Shown: positions 18,801-29,100 of the stretch, in pieces
Position numbering within the stretch: the stretch's first letter is position 1
Layout of the letters: every line of letters begins with the position of its first letter
NCBI GenBank assembly: GCA_040752415.1
Contig: JBFMGU010000035.1
Coordinates: 1 to 55,434, forward strand
Source of the DNA: Myxococcota bacterium
GTDB lineage: Bacteria; Myxococcota; JACRCW01
Length of the DNA stretch: 55,434 nt
Direction: 5' to 3'
The notes under the pieces: generated by a model
The model's input: only the letters and a program-made list of their open reading frames with translations
Database searches by the model: none
Told to the model about the DNA's origin: nothing
Translations under genes and position numbers: made by a program

Positions 18801-19830
18801 CGTGGTGGCGGCCGGCAACGACGACAGTCCCGCCGAGCTGTATTCGCCCGCCGGGCTCGAGGGCGTCATCACGGTGGGAGCGGTGGGGCCCGAGGGGCGC
18901 CGCGCGCGGTACTCCAACCACGGCGCGGCGGTGGAGGTGATGGGGGCGGGCGGAGACCTCCTGGCCCACGGCTACTACGACGAGCGGGACGCCGTGCTGT
19001 CCACCGACGGGAGCGGCTCCTCCCGCAACTTCTCACGCCTGCAGGGTACTTCCATGGCGTCTCCGCATGTGGCCGGCATCGCCGCACTCATGATCGCCGT
19101 CAATGCGGGCGCGTACCTGCCGCAGATCCTGACCTACCTCCAGCAGTCCGCCACCAGTGTTCCAGAGTGCCCTGAAGGGTGTGGCAGCGGGCTTGTGAAC
19201 GCACGAAGCGCCGTCACCAGGGCGCAGCAGGCCTCGCCAACGGCGCCCTACATCGTCCCCTATACGCGCTACGTCTTCGTTCCGGACCAGGCCAGCTCGG
19301 TGCTTGCGTACGTGGAGAACCTGGGCGGGCAGACGGCTGCGCTGACCGTCGCCAATGTATCCTCGCCGAGCGTCACGGTTCAGTTGCCGCAGAACACCCT
19401 GGACCCGCTCTTCTACATGCAAATCACCGTGAACGTGAATCGCGCCGGGCTGCCCGCGGGGCGTCACATGGAGAGCTTCGAGCTCAGCGCGGCGGGTCGA
19501 ACGGTAACGTACTACGTTGAGTTCAATGTTGGCGTCGGTGGCAACGGCGGTGCGTTTAGCGCCGAGCTCCACGAGCTCATCGAGAACCGGTGGCAGCGCA
19601 TCCGGACGGCAAGCAACGTCGCGGGAGGACTGGATGCCATGAATGGCACGGAGTTCCTCTTTAGCAACCTCGACGATGGACTCTATCTCATCACCGGCTC
19701 GGGCGACGCAGACGGGGATGGGACGCACGAACTTTCAGGCGGGTCCGTTGTGCTCGAGCTGTACCAGGGAACGCTCTACATCCAAGACGCGCAGAGCGGC
19801 TACGTCGTGGTGGAGCTGCGCGAACAGTGA
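15874..19830 (+). CDS. Multidomain S8 subtilisin-like lipoprotein: collagen-like segments, 4 Cys-bracketed repeats, receptor-L/LRR-like domain, PPC-like domain, S8 peptidase
   Basis: Lipobox LQLAC; G-X-Y runs; EPAGxNCxAGG...LDxxEV...YVC x4; catalytic motifs VLDTG, HGTHVAG, GTSMASPHVAG. Confidence 0.92.
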   Translation: MRRAVAVFGVLACLQLACSQPGPAGPQGEKGEQGAAGKDGQDGLDGRQALVRQRPEPAGTQCPAGGVAIESGIDANSDGTLDDAEVGSTSYVCQGADGTPGQDGDDGQAGATTLVDIVDEPAGTNCAAGGKRILAGTDANRNGTLDGEEVTSTSYVCNGQDGTDGLDGTNGQDGVDGQDGVDSLVSVQTEDPGANCVAGGVAIRTGLDVDGNGILDPSEVTGSTFVCSGAPGSNGQDGTTALVTQTAEPAGTNCVYGGTRVEAGRDANINGLLDAPEVESTTFICGSAQPPGNILRGSYIINNEADLTAIRAYTEINGDLYIQGLQGIPDLQGLAQLTSVTGGLFIRYNASLQSLDGLGALTNLGGELWIVSNPVLSGVTGLNGLGAVGGDLVVDANASLPSLAGLDGLGAVGGTVRITGNPALTDLEVLTGLASVPGDLWLEDNAAISSLGEGSALTTVGGHLVLAGMPILPDLAGLEALTSVGGDLVIADNSLLGSLTALRDGLAMGGSLQIINCPNLTFRLAGELYERTSSVNPPVFFGLGDSFEPNDTLATATLSGAMMGEYLNLTPGDVDYVAIDLDRDSALRIQVFSEGIGLEEWGLSPADVLVAITDSAGNPLQWNSSALVRSWNPGRAANPVIQLPLAAGRYHLVVTGGEDTLFSGNHSEAGYYVVSLEARAQGAASIAGGLYPEPSVFAAATPRRDRPLEVHPRSAFLADHAVIQFVPELQGKESDLLRRLGWVKVDGMAGATLARRAQARKEWRPVTLGDEDGRILIEDLEKLRTRPEVARVEPNYVLQPALVPNDTFYAEQWHYGLMSMAAAWDVTTGSSGVTVAVLDTGILGDHPDLSCGRVLPGRDFVDNDADPADAVAAFAPGSNSHGTHVAGTIGACTNNGVGVAGVTWSSQLLPVRVLGNGGGDNWNIAKGVYWAAAIPLSGVPDNPNFAHVINMSLGGFGRSWLMQDAIDAATFGGSVVVVAAGNDDSPAELYSPAGLEGVITVGAVGPEGRRARYSNHGAAVEVMGAGGDLLAHGYYDERDAVLSTDGSGSSRNFSRLQGTSMASPHVAGIAALMIAVNAGAYLPQILTYLQQSATSVPECPEGCGSGLVNARSAVTRAQQASPTAPYIVPYTRYVFVPDQASSVLAYVENLGGQTAALTVANVSSPSVTVQLPQNTLDPLFYMQITVNVNRAGLPAGRHMESFELSAAGRTVTYYVEFNVGVGGNGGAFSAELHELIENRWQRIRTASNVAGGLDAMNGTEFLFSNLDDGLYLITGSGDADGDGTHELSGGSVVLELYQGTLYIQDAQSGYVVVELREQ

Positions 19831-19962
19831 AGGCAGGCCTCGCGGGCGAAACCCCGGCGTTGGGGGAAAATGAGCGCGAAGCGCGGATCCACGCCGTCCG
19901 TCGTCGGAACCAGCGGTAACGACTCGGTTCGAGCGTGAACAGCAGAGCCCTGGAGTGGTGCA

Positions 19963-20057
19963 TCAGCGCGCGCCTTCCGGGAACGGCCGGCCCAACGCCG
20001 CGGGCATGCGGCCCGTCCCCGACGACACCACCAGCACCGCCAGCGTCAGCACATAGG
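19963..20057. repeat. Direct repeat 2, in-gene copy
   Basis: 95 bp identical to 15494-15588. Confidence 0.97.
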
Positions 20058-20868
20058 GAATCATCTGCACGAATTGCGACGGGATGGCCGTCTGCGCGCT
20101 CTGCATGCTGATCTGCACCGCCTCCGCGAGACCAAAGACCAGGCAACCCAGCCACGCGCGCGTGGGCCACCAGCGACCGAACACCACCGCCGCCACGGCA
20201 ATGAAGCCACGCCCCGCGCTCATGCCCTGCGTGAACTGGTGTTGATCCGCCGCCAGGTACGCGCCCCCCAACGACGCCAGCACCGCGCCCAGCAACACCG
20301 CCACCACGCGCACGCGTCGGACGCCCACGCCCTGGCTCTCGGCGGCGGCGGGATGCTCACCCACGGCGCGGATGCGCAGGCCCAGGGGCAGCCTGAGGAG
20401 CAGGAAGTGACACAGGGGCACCACGAGCACGCCCAGCAGCACCAACGGCGTGTCCGCCACCGCGCCCAGCAGCGGGAGCTCCTGCACGTGTCGCCAGGCG
20501 GTCTCCTCGAATCCCACGACGCGGGGCCCGTTCGAGGAGGAATCGTAGAGGAGCTTGAGGGTGAAGCGACCCACCCCCGCGGCCAGCAGGTTGATGCCCA
20601 CGCCGCTGATGATGTGATTGGCGTTGAGTCGGACGCACAGCCATGCGTGGATGCCCATCAGCGCCACGCCGAATGCCATGGCGGACAGAAGTCCCAACCA
20701 CGGGCTCCCGGTGGCGTGCGCGGCCAGCGCGTAACCCAACGCTCCGACGACGAGCACACCCTCCAGCGCGAGGTTGACGACGCCAGCGCGCTCACTGAGG
20801 ACGCCGCCCATGGCCGCCAGCGTGTAGGGCGTGCTGATGCGCAACGCGCCCGCGAGGACGTCAAGCAT
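19963..20868 (-). CDS. ABC transporter permease (nucleoside/simple-sugar type, second subunit)
   Basis: SERAGVVNLALEG, GLRIRAVGEHPAAA, GRGFIAVAA and QMIPYVLT motifs. Confidence 0.95.
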   Translation of the reverse strand: MLDVLAGALRISTPYTLAAMGGVLSERAGVVNLALEGVLVVGALGYALAAHATGSPWLGLLSAMAFGVALMGIHAWLCVRLNANHIISGVGINLLAAGVGRFTLKLLYDSSSNGPRVVGFEETAWRHVQELPLLGAVADTPLVLLGVLVVPLCHFLLLRLPLGLRIRAVGEHPAAAESQGVGVRRVRVVAVLLGAVLASLGGAYLAADQHQFTQGMSAGRGFIAVAAVVFGRWWPTRAWLGCLVFGLAEAVQISMQSAQTAIPSQFVQMIPYVLTLAVLVVSSGTGRMPAALGRPFPEGAR

Positions 20869-21916
20869 TCGCGTCTTCCTGGGGTCTGCGTTCGAGGCGT
20901 CCGCGTGGCGTGGTCCCGGTGGCGGCGAGGGCCAGCACCACCAGCGCCTGCAGCACCATGATCGTCTCGCGCGGTACCTTGGCGCCCAGGCTCAATCCCG
21001 CCTGGCCAAGCCCGCCGAACACCAGTGCGCCCGGAATGACGGCGAGCGGATGACCCCGCGCCATGAGCGCCACGGCAATGCCCAGGAATCCCTCACCCGC
21101 GCTGAGCCCGTCCTCGAAGAAGCGTCGCGCCCCGAGGACGAAATGCGCTCCGGCCAACCCCGCGAGCGCGCCGCCGAGTGAGAAGCTCACCACCGTCATG
21201 AGCCCGGCGTGGATGCCCGCGTGTCGCGCGGCGAGCGGTCCCGCGCCGCTGACGCGCAGCTGGTAACCCAGCACGCTCCGGAACATCACCGCTTGCAGCA
21301 CCGCGGCCAGCAGCACGGCGAGCAGCGCGCTCGTCGACGCCAGGCTGCCCGTCCACGACGGGACGACCGCGGAGAGTCGACCGAAGAGGGCCTCGGCGGG
21401 AAGCTCGGGGGTGTGGGAGCCGCTCTCGTCGGCGAGGTGGGCGTGCAACAGGTAGCCGCACAACGCCGCGAGGATGAAGTTCAGCATGATGGTGCTGATG
21501 ACCTCGTGCACGCCGCGCCAGGCCTTGAGCGCAGCGGGCACCGCGCCGGCGGCGGCGCCGGTGATGGCGGCGGCGAGCACCGCACCGCTGAAGGCCACCA
21601 TGCCACCCGCGTCGCGCAGCAGGTGGGCCACCACCGCGGAGGCCAACGCTCCGACGAGAAGCTGGCCTTCCGCGCCGATGTTGAACAGTCCCGCCGCGTA
21701 GGGAATGGCCACGGCGAGCCCGGTCAAGATGAGCGGCGTGGCCTTGAAGATGACCTGGCCCAGTCCGTAACCGGTGCCGAGGGTGGCCTGCAGCGCGTCG
21801 GCGCCCACCTGCAGCGGGCTCTGGCCAATGGCCAGCACCATGACGGCGCCCACCGCGAGCGCCACGGCCAGGGCCACCAGGGAGGGAACTGCGGCGCGGA
21901 TGAAGCGTTGCAGCAC
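20861..21916 (-). CDS. ABC transporter permease (nucleoside type, first subunit)
   Basis: ATPLILTGLAV, GLFNIGAEGQ, HEVISTIMLN and GFLGIAVAL motifs; overlaps the next permease. Confidence 0.95.
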   Translation of the reverse strand: MLQRFIRAAVPSLVALAVALAVGAVMVLAIGQSPLQVGADALQATLGTGYGLGQVIFKATPLILTGLAVAIPYAAGLFNIGAEGQLLVGALASAVVAHLLRDAGGMVAFSGAVLAAAITGAAAGAVPAALKAWRGVHEVISTIMLNFILAALCGYLLHAHLADESGSHTPELPAEALFGRLSAVVPSWTGSLASTSALLAVLLAAVLQAVMFRSVLGYQLRVSGAGPLAARHAGIHAGLMTVVSFSLGGALAGLAGAHFVLGARRFFEDGLSAGEGFLGIAVALMARGHPLAVIPGALVFGGLGQAGLSLGAKVPRETIMVLQALVVLALAATGTTPRGRLERRPQEDANA

Positions 21917-21961
21917 GCACCGACGGATACCACCCCGCCCTCCCGCGGGGCGAGCGACGGA

Positions 21962-22855
21962 CTACTGGCAACCCGTGCCCTCATTGTCCTCCAGGACGAC
22001 CTCGCCGCCGATGACGCCGTTGGCGAGCACGCGGTCGCGCAGGGCCAGCACCTCGCACGCGGGCAGCACCGGGTTGCTGCGCACGCGCAGGTCCGTCCAG
22101 ATTCCATGCAGCTCGACGAGGTCCGCCAGCCGCATCAGCCGTGAGTTCCCCTCGATCTGCAGCGCGCGCACCGTCTGCACCTTCCCCAACCCGGCCAGCG
22201 TCAGCAGCACGGGGTTGCGGGTGATGATGAGCGCGTCGCCCACGGCCTGCAGCGCGCCGAGGCTGGAGAGGTCATGCAGCAGCTCATTGCGCTCCAGGGC
22301 AAGGAGCCCGTGCACCTCGGTGAGGCGGGTGAAGGCCCGCAGCTCCTCCAGCACGGGGTTGTGGTGCACGGAGATGTAGCCGCCCACGCGCTGCACCTCG
22401 TGGAATGCGTCCAGGCGCGCCAGCTGCGGGTTGTCCTCGATCTGGATGGACCCGGTCACCGTGGCCACGTTGTGCAGACCCCACAGGCTGCGCAGGCCCG
22501 GGTTGTTGGCCACGCGCACACTCTGGACCTCGGTCAGGCCGCCCAGGCCCGTGAGGTCCTGCAGCATGTCGTTGTGCTCGACGAGCAGCTCGCCCACCCG
22601 CGCCAACCCTTCCAGGCCATGCAGGGAGGTGACGCCGGGGGCGTCGATCAGCAGCGTGCCGGTGACCTCGACGTAGGCGGAGAGCTGGTCCAGGTCCGCG
22701 GTGTTGGTGATGGTGTAGTTCCCCTGCACGATGCGTGGCTTCTCCGTGGCGTCGACGGGGGTGGGCACCTTCCGCACGTCGTCGGACCCGGTGGTGGAAG
22801 CGGTGGAGCCGCAAGCGCAGCAGAGCAGGAGCGTGGAGAGGATGCGGGTACGCAT
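21962..22855 (-). CDS. Receptor-L-domain/LRR-like lipoprotein
   Basis: Start MRTRILSTLLLCCAC; repeats of L-x-x-L-x-GL-x-x-L-x-x-V-G-x-L-x-I-x-x-N. Confidence 0.8.
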   Translation of the reverse strand: MRTRILSTLLLCCACGSTASTTGSDDVRKVPTPVDATEKPRIVQGNYTITNTADLDQLSAYVEVTGTLLIDAPGVTSLHGLEGLARVGELLVEHNDMLQDLTGLGGLTEVQSVRVANNPGLRSLWGLHNVATVTGSIQIEDNPQLARLDAFHEVQRVGGYISVHHNPVLEELRAFTRLTEVHGLLALERNELLHDLSSLGALQAVGDALIITRNPVLLTLAGLGKVQTVRALQIEGNSRLMRLADLVELHGIWTDLRVRSNPVLPACEVLALRDRVLANGVIGGEVVLEDNEGTGCQ

Positions 22856-23141
22856 CGGGCACCTCGGTAAGAACCGTCCGAGGATTCCCATCGGCACGCG
22901 ACCGCGTTTCTTGAGCGGTTTGTCGTCGTGGCGCGCGTGCCCCACCGTCGCGGGGCGCGTGTGCCCCAGCCCTTTGCCATCCCCGACGGTCCGGCATCCC
23001 CATCCGCCGGGCGACGAGCCCACTGGGACGCCAGACAGACCACTGGGCGCGGACTGCCCCCCAAAACGGCGGGAGCCACCGGCGCCGGCAGCGCCGAAGT
23101 CAACGTGGTGGTGTCGCGCAAAACTCAGTGATTTCACGGTG

Positions 23142-23170
23142 TTGCAATTTATCATCTTTTTCGATAAGTA
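23142..23170 (+). promoter_or_regulatory. Sigma70-like promoter with an internal inverted repeat
   Basis: AT-rich TTGCAA-N17-TAAGTA with TTATC-N9-GATAA (23149-23167) just before the ATG at 23177. Confidence 0.5.
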
Positions 23171-23176
23171 GTCCCC

Positions 23177-23953
23177 ATGCTGACCTTCCTTGTCACGTCC
23201 AGAGCCCGCCGCCGTCTGCTCGAGCTGTTGTGGGCAGACGCGGCATGTGGCGCGGCCGCGGAGCTTGCGACCAAGGCAGGGGTCGCGTTCGCGAGCGCGT
23301 ATCGCGAGCTCCAGGCGATGAAGGACCTGGAACTGGTCATCTCCGAGCGTCGTGGCGCCGCGGAGGTCTTCCGGGCGAATCCCGACCATCCGGACGCAGC
23401 GCTGTTGCGACAGCTCGTCCAGCGTCGCCCGGTTTCACCGCCCCGGGATGAGCACGCGGAGACCGTCCGCGGTTGGCTCCGTGACCTGGGGGCGCCTCTC
23501 GTCAACGGGCGCGCGGCAACGCCTGCGCCGAGCGAGGAGGACGCCCTCGCCGATGCGCTGAAGCTGGCCCACCGGGACGCTTCCGTGGCGCGCGTGCTCC
23601 CGCTCTGCCTCTGGTACCACCGCAACCACGTCGACGTTGCGCGTCTTGGCGACCGTGCGCGTGCCGACGGGGAGAAGCACGCTCTGGGTTTCATGCTGGA
23701 CCTCACCGCGGAGGTTTGCGGTGACAAGAGGTTTGCGCAATGGGCACGGGAGCTCCGCGACCGGCGTCGTCGCGTGGTGCGGGACTTCTTTCACGGCGCC
23801 CCGACGAGTCGGCGTGCGAGGGAGCTCGCGGAGCGCAACACTCCCGACGTCGCCCGTCGGTGGGGCTATCGGATGAACATGGACCTGGAAAACTTCCGCG
23901 CGTTGTTCCAGAAGTTCGCACATGTCACGCCCGTTCACGCCCCACGAGATTGA
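23177..23953 (+). CDS. wHTH-containing protein, putative antitoxin/regulator of a nucleotidyltransferase pair
   Basis: N-terminal HTH (AELATKAGVAFASAYRELQAM...FRANPDHP); overlaps the downstream NTase-like frame. Confidence 0.6.
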   Translation: MLTFLVTSRARRRLLELLWADAACGAAAELATKAGVAFASAYRELQAMKDLELVISERRGAAEVFRANPDHPDAALLRQLVQRRPVSPPRDEHAETVRGWLRDLGAPLVNGRAATPAPSEEDALADALKLAHRDASVARVLPLCLWYHRNHVDVARLGDRARADGEKHALGFMLDLTAEVCGDKRFAQWARELRDRRRRVVRDFFHGAPTSRRARELAERNTPDVARRWGYRMNMDLENFRALFQKFAHVTPVHAPRD

Positions 23954-24100
23954 GACATTCCTGGCGGCAGTGGACGCTCACCTTGCTGCCCCGGCGTCGA
24001 TCACCGTCATTGGCGGCTTGCAGCCGCGCCTGGGTACTCCGTGGCAATGGGCTCCGTGGATGTCGACCCATGTGACTGCGAGACTGATCTTCCGGTGCTG
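23922..24100 (+). pseudogene. Frameshifted, truncated DUF6036-like nucleotidyltransferase
   Basis: EIETFLAAVDAHL...ITVIGG continues in a shifted frame as AAAPGYSVAMGSVDVD (GG...DxD motif), then similarity is lost. End is approximate. Confidence 0.6.
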
Positions 24101-24448
24101 GATGTTCCTCGTCGCCCGATTCAATGGCGAGATGGACCACGCCATCGGAGAACCGGGGCGGAGAAGGCAGAACTTCGTCGTGTGCATTGAGCGTCTCTTT
24201 GGGGAGGCGGCCGCAGATCGTGTCGAACACCTGTTGTCTCGCTCTTGACGGTTCATTGTCGCAGACTGGGTCTCCACGTCGTCCTCGTCCGCCCGCCGTC
24301 TTTACGTCGCGAACGCCGCGTTAAACGCACAACGGTTCGGAGCGCAGGTCAGCGCGCGCGGTGGAATAGCCACCGTTCCGATGTTGTTCACCAGGCCACC
24401 CCGAAGGAGCCGTCCACGACGACGCGCTTCCGACAAAGGAGTGTTTGC

Positions 24449-25839
24449 GTGAACCGGATGCCGCGGCTCGTCGCTGGTCTTGGAGGATTGCTGCTCGTGG
24501 CGCTGGTGGCGCATGCGCAGGAGGTCAAGAAGCGCGGTGACACCAGCTACGCGCCGGTGGACTTGAAGGAGCCATTCAAGGCGGTGGTGGCGCGCATGAA
24601 GGGCGACAAGCCCAAGGTCATGAAGCGACAGCAGGACCTCCTCGCGGAGCGCTACGACCTGTCCAACCGTCCCGCCAAGGGCGTGACCATGTTCCGCGGC
24701 AAGGCGGTGCAGGAGGGCGTACGGGCCAAGCTGCCCAAGGGCGCAACCTGGGCGGGCCTGGCCGGGATGACTCCCGAGGACATCCGGGAACGGGACCTGT
24801 TCCCGCCCGCCTTCATGCCGCTGCCGCATCCCAACCACCCCGAGGGTGGGATGGTGTTCCCGCGCTTCCACATCGACGAGATCAAGAAGCAGGAAGGCCG
24901 CGACCTCACGCGGTTCGACCTTGATTTCGACCTCCCCGACCACGTGCTGCCGGAGTTTCCTCCCTCCATCTTCCTGACCACCCGGCCCGACCTTGGCGAC
25001 GTCTCGCAGGGCAAGCTCATCACGATTGCGAACTACTACGAGCTGTTCAATGGCATCCTGAACCCCAAGCAGCTGGAGGGGCTGCGCCTGCTGGTGACGC
25101 CGTTCCCGCAACAGCAGTTCAATCAGACGGAGGACCGCCGGACGGAAGCGCCCAGTCGCGGCGTGGCCTGCTTTGAGTGTCACGTGAACGGCCACACCAA
25201 CGGGGCAACCCACCTCGTCGGCGACATCCGCCCGCAGGAATTCCGCCACCGCATCGAGACGCCGAGCCTGCGCGGGGTCAACATCCAGCGGCTGTTCGGG
25301 TCGCAGCGCGCGTTGAACTGGAGGACTTCACGGAGTTCGAGCAGCGCGCGGCCTACTTTGATGGTGACCCCGTCATTGCCACCAAGAAGGGGGTCAACGT
25401 GCTTGAGCGCGGCAGCCAGGTCCACTTCATGGCGGAGATGCAGAAGCTCTTTGACTTCCCGCCCGCGCCCAAGCTTCGCGTCGACGGGCGACTCGATCCC
25501 AAGAGGGCCACGGAAGCCGAGCTGCGGGGACAGACGCTGTTCTTCGGGAAGGCACAGTGCTCCGTCTGCCACGTGCCGCCGTATTACACCGACAACCTGA
25601 TGCACAACCTGCGAGTGGAGCGCTTCTACAAGCCCAGGTTGGCCAACGGGATGATGATGTCCGCCGACGGGCCCATCAAGACCTTCCCGCTGCGCGGCAT
25701 CAAGGAGTCACCGCCGTACCTGCATGACGGTCGCCTGCTCACCCTGGAGGACACGGTGGAGTTCTTCAACCTGGTCCTCGAGACCCGCCTCGACGAGCAG
25801 GAGAAGAAGGACCTCGTGGCGTTCCTCCTGGCGCTCTGA
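24449..25839 (+). pseudogene. Di-heme cytochrome c (CCP/MauG-like) split by a frameshift near 25318
   Basis: Signal peptide and CFECH lie in ORF 24245..25600; CSVCH and PPYLHDGR...LEDTVEF lie in ORF 25177..25839. The junction is FGSQRAL / EDFTEFEQR. Confidence 0.8.
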
Positions 25840-26113
25840 TTCCGCGAGCAGGCCTGGGGATGCCCGCCCAGCGATGGACGGGCGGAAGGGTTCGCCGTCA
25901 TCCCCGAAGGTGCTGCCTTCCGGGCGGCGGCCACCAGCTCCTTCATGGCGCGCTTCCGGTCGTCGTCCTTGACGCGCATTCCCTTGAGCTGTGTGTCGAG
26001 TCCGTCGCACACGGCGCCAAACGCGGCGCGGAGCGCATCCTGGTCCCACGTCTTCAGCGCGTGTGGAAGGCGGCTCACCACGAGGCACGCCAGGTGATTG
26101 TTGGATGGGCCTC

Positions 26114-29100
26114 TCACGGCAACAGGCGCGCGACGCCAATGGCGCCAGGCCACCCGTTGACCCAGGCCGTGACCAGCGTGTCGTCCTGAACGACGTAGGC
26201 ACGTTCGGTGTCTGGCGAAGTGACGACCCGGAAACGGAACGGCTCCGCCACGATTCCGCCGGCGTCGTTGACCAACGTCACGGTGTCCCGGTGCAGGAAC
26301 CACGTGTTCGCAACGTGATGGACCTCGAGGCCACCGGGATCCCAACCTGCCAGCGTCACGAGATGGCGTCGCGCGACAGGTTCTCCGTCCGAGGTCAGCT
26401 CCATCACCTCCACGCGGGTTTCCCACCCGGTTCCGGTTTCCATCACGCTCCTTGTCACCAGGCCCTCCGGCCAGAGCAGGCCCGCGAACCAACCCTCCAC
26501 TTCATGGTCCGCGGTCACCGTCCCCGAGGGTGAGATGGCGATGATGGTCGTGCGCCCGACCTGGGGCGCGGCGGCTACCAGGATGCGGTCGCCCGTGAAG
26601 ACCGCCGTACCCAGCGACGAATCACGGGAAAGCGGGAGCGGCGTGGACCAGGCCGCGGTTCCGTCGACACGGAGCAGCGTGGCCATGCGAACGCCCGAGC
26701 CGTCCACCCACGTCACGAGCGCATTGCCGTCCGAGAGGGAAGAAGCCTTGGCGTCCCATCCAGGCCACGCGGCCGTGGCAAAACGCGGCTCGGGGTCAAC
26801 CACGCCGTCGTCGTCCATGTGGAACACCTCCACGCGGCCGTGGTTGGGTGACGCGTAGTCGGAGGTGGCGACGAAGAGCCAACCGTCCACCCCGGGAAGA
26901 ATCCGGCCGCGCGTACTGGGCGCAAGGCCGAGGCATCGCGCCGTCACGACGTTGAGGGAGGAATCCAATCGTGCGAACCAGGCATGTCGGGTGTCGCGCC
27001 CGGTGGTCCACGTCACGGCCACCTGGCCATCCCGCGTGGCGGTGGAGAGCTTTCCGGCCTTGGTCGCTTCCACGTCGAGATTGCCGCAACGCACCACGTG
27101 CTCCTCGGGCAGGCACGGGATGCACGAGCTGGGATCAGGCACGCACCAGGCATGGCAGCGCGCCAGGCCGCCCGTGTAACCCATCCCTTCGCACGTGGTG
27201 ACGACGTCGTTGCCATCGCATTCCTCCTGGACATCGTCGCACCCGTCGTCGTTGCAGGAGGTGCACACGTCGCGCACGCCGTTTCCGCATCCTCCGCCGC
27301 AGGGCCAGCTGTCCCGAGGGTCGGGGAGGCTGCAGGCCGCGCCATTGGCCAGCGGTGGCAGCACGTCTGGCGCCCGCTCGTCGCAGGGCTCCGGGCTCAA
27401 GCGTGCCAGGATCAGCCGTTGATTGCTGCCCACCCACGCCGCCACGACGGTGTTTCCTTGACGAACGGTGCGTAGCTGCACGTACGGAACGTACGCATGG
27501 GGATCCTGGAAGAGGAAGTAGGGAGGGTGGACAGGTTGTCCGTCCGGGTCGAGCAGCGAGACCTCGACGAGGTCCTCGGTCAGTGGCGACGAAAGGAAGA
27601 GCGTGTTCTCGCCAAGCGCGACGCCCGGCAGCACGGGCTTTTCCATGCCAAGCGGCACCGCCGGCCCGACGGGCGTGCCAAGGGGATCGAGGCGTTGCCA
27701 GTTCACCCTCCAATTCCCGTCGATCCAGGTCAGGCGCGCTCCATCCGCGGTGGCCGTGAGCCCGGGGAAGGACATCTCCATATCCAGCGTCGTGCGCGCG
27801 GATAAGGCGCCGTCGCTCCCGAGTGTCTGCACGTACGAAACACTGTCCCATCCGAGAAACATGAAGGCGCCATGGGCGTGGACCGCATATCGCGGATCCG
27901 CGCCGCCAACGTCGCGCTGCCACACCACCGCGCCGTTCGCGTCGACGAGAATGGCCTGGGTTGTGTACGACTCGTCATGCCAGAGGAGCAGGGCCACGCC
28001 ATTGGCTCCCGGCACGAGGGCGGGCGTGGTGGCATCGCCATACGCTTCGGTGACCAGCGTGGTGTTCAGCGCATTGTCGACGCGGTGGAGCTGGATCACC
28101 CAGCGCCACTCCTGCCACGACGCCACTCCCAGCAACCACCCATCGTGCAGCGGCGCGACGCCAAACGGGCTTGAGACGGGGAGGCACACGCCGCTGCGAG
28201 GCTGGAAGTCCGCGCCCAGGATGTGGAAGCTCGTCGCGCCCTGGTAACCGAGACCCGCGGCGACGGCGATTTCCGTTTCCTTGGCCGCAATCGCCAAGGG
28301 CCACCCAACCAGTCCGCCGACGTCGGGAGCGCCGCACGCGACGACGTGGGGATCGGACCCGCACACGTCGCACCTGCTGGTGTCGAGCTCGCACCGCGAG
28401 GAGCACCGGAGCTCACCGCGAACAAAACCCAGGGAGCGGCAGGATTCGTCGCCCAGGTCGACGCCATCACACGACTCCAGCGGGGGAGAGCAGTCGCCGG
28501 TGTCGTTGTCGCAAACGCGGCACCAGTCGCGAACGCCGTTGCCACATAGCGCGGGGCAGCGTGCGGGGTAGGGCTCGACATGGCCGCAGGAATACGTCGC
28601 CACGTCCGCGTCGACCGTCGTGGGGGAGCCGAACGCTGGCCAACCACATGCCGGCGCTGGTGGGATGCATCCGCTCGCATCCAGTGTGCAATCCGCGGCA
28701 CAACCCAGGTGGCCGGAAAGCAGCTGGAGCCCCTCGCACGACAATCCTCCCAGATCGTCGCCGTCGCATTCCTCGTCGGCTTCGCGGACACTGTTTCCGC
28801 AACGGGACGGACAGGTTGCATCCGCAAGCTCCATGGGCAGCGGGAGCGCGGTGCAGGCTCCCCGCAGACACGCCCATGCACTGCAACCGTCGGGGCGACC
28901 GCACGGCGTGCCGTCCTCGGCAACGGTGCTCCGGCAGCCCAGCGTTGCGTCACAGAAGTCCGTGGTGCAGGGGTTTCCGTCGTCGCACGCCGCGGACACC
29001 GCCACGTGCGCACATCCCCGTGCCCGGTCGCAGGTGTCGACCGTGCAGGCAATGCCGTCGTCGCAATGACGTACCGTGCCCACACAGGCTCCCTCCGCGC

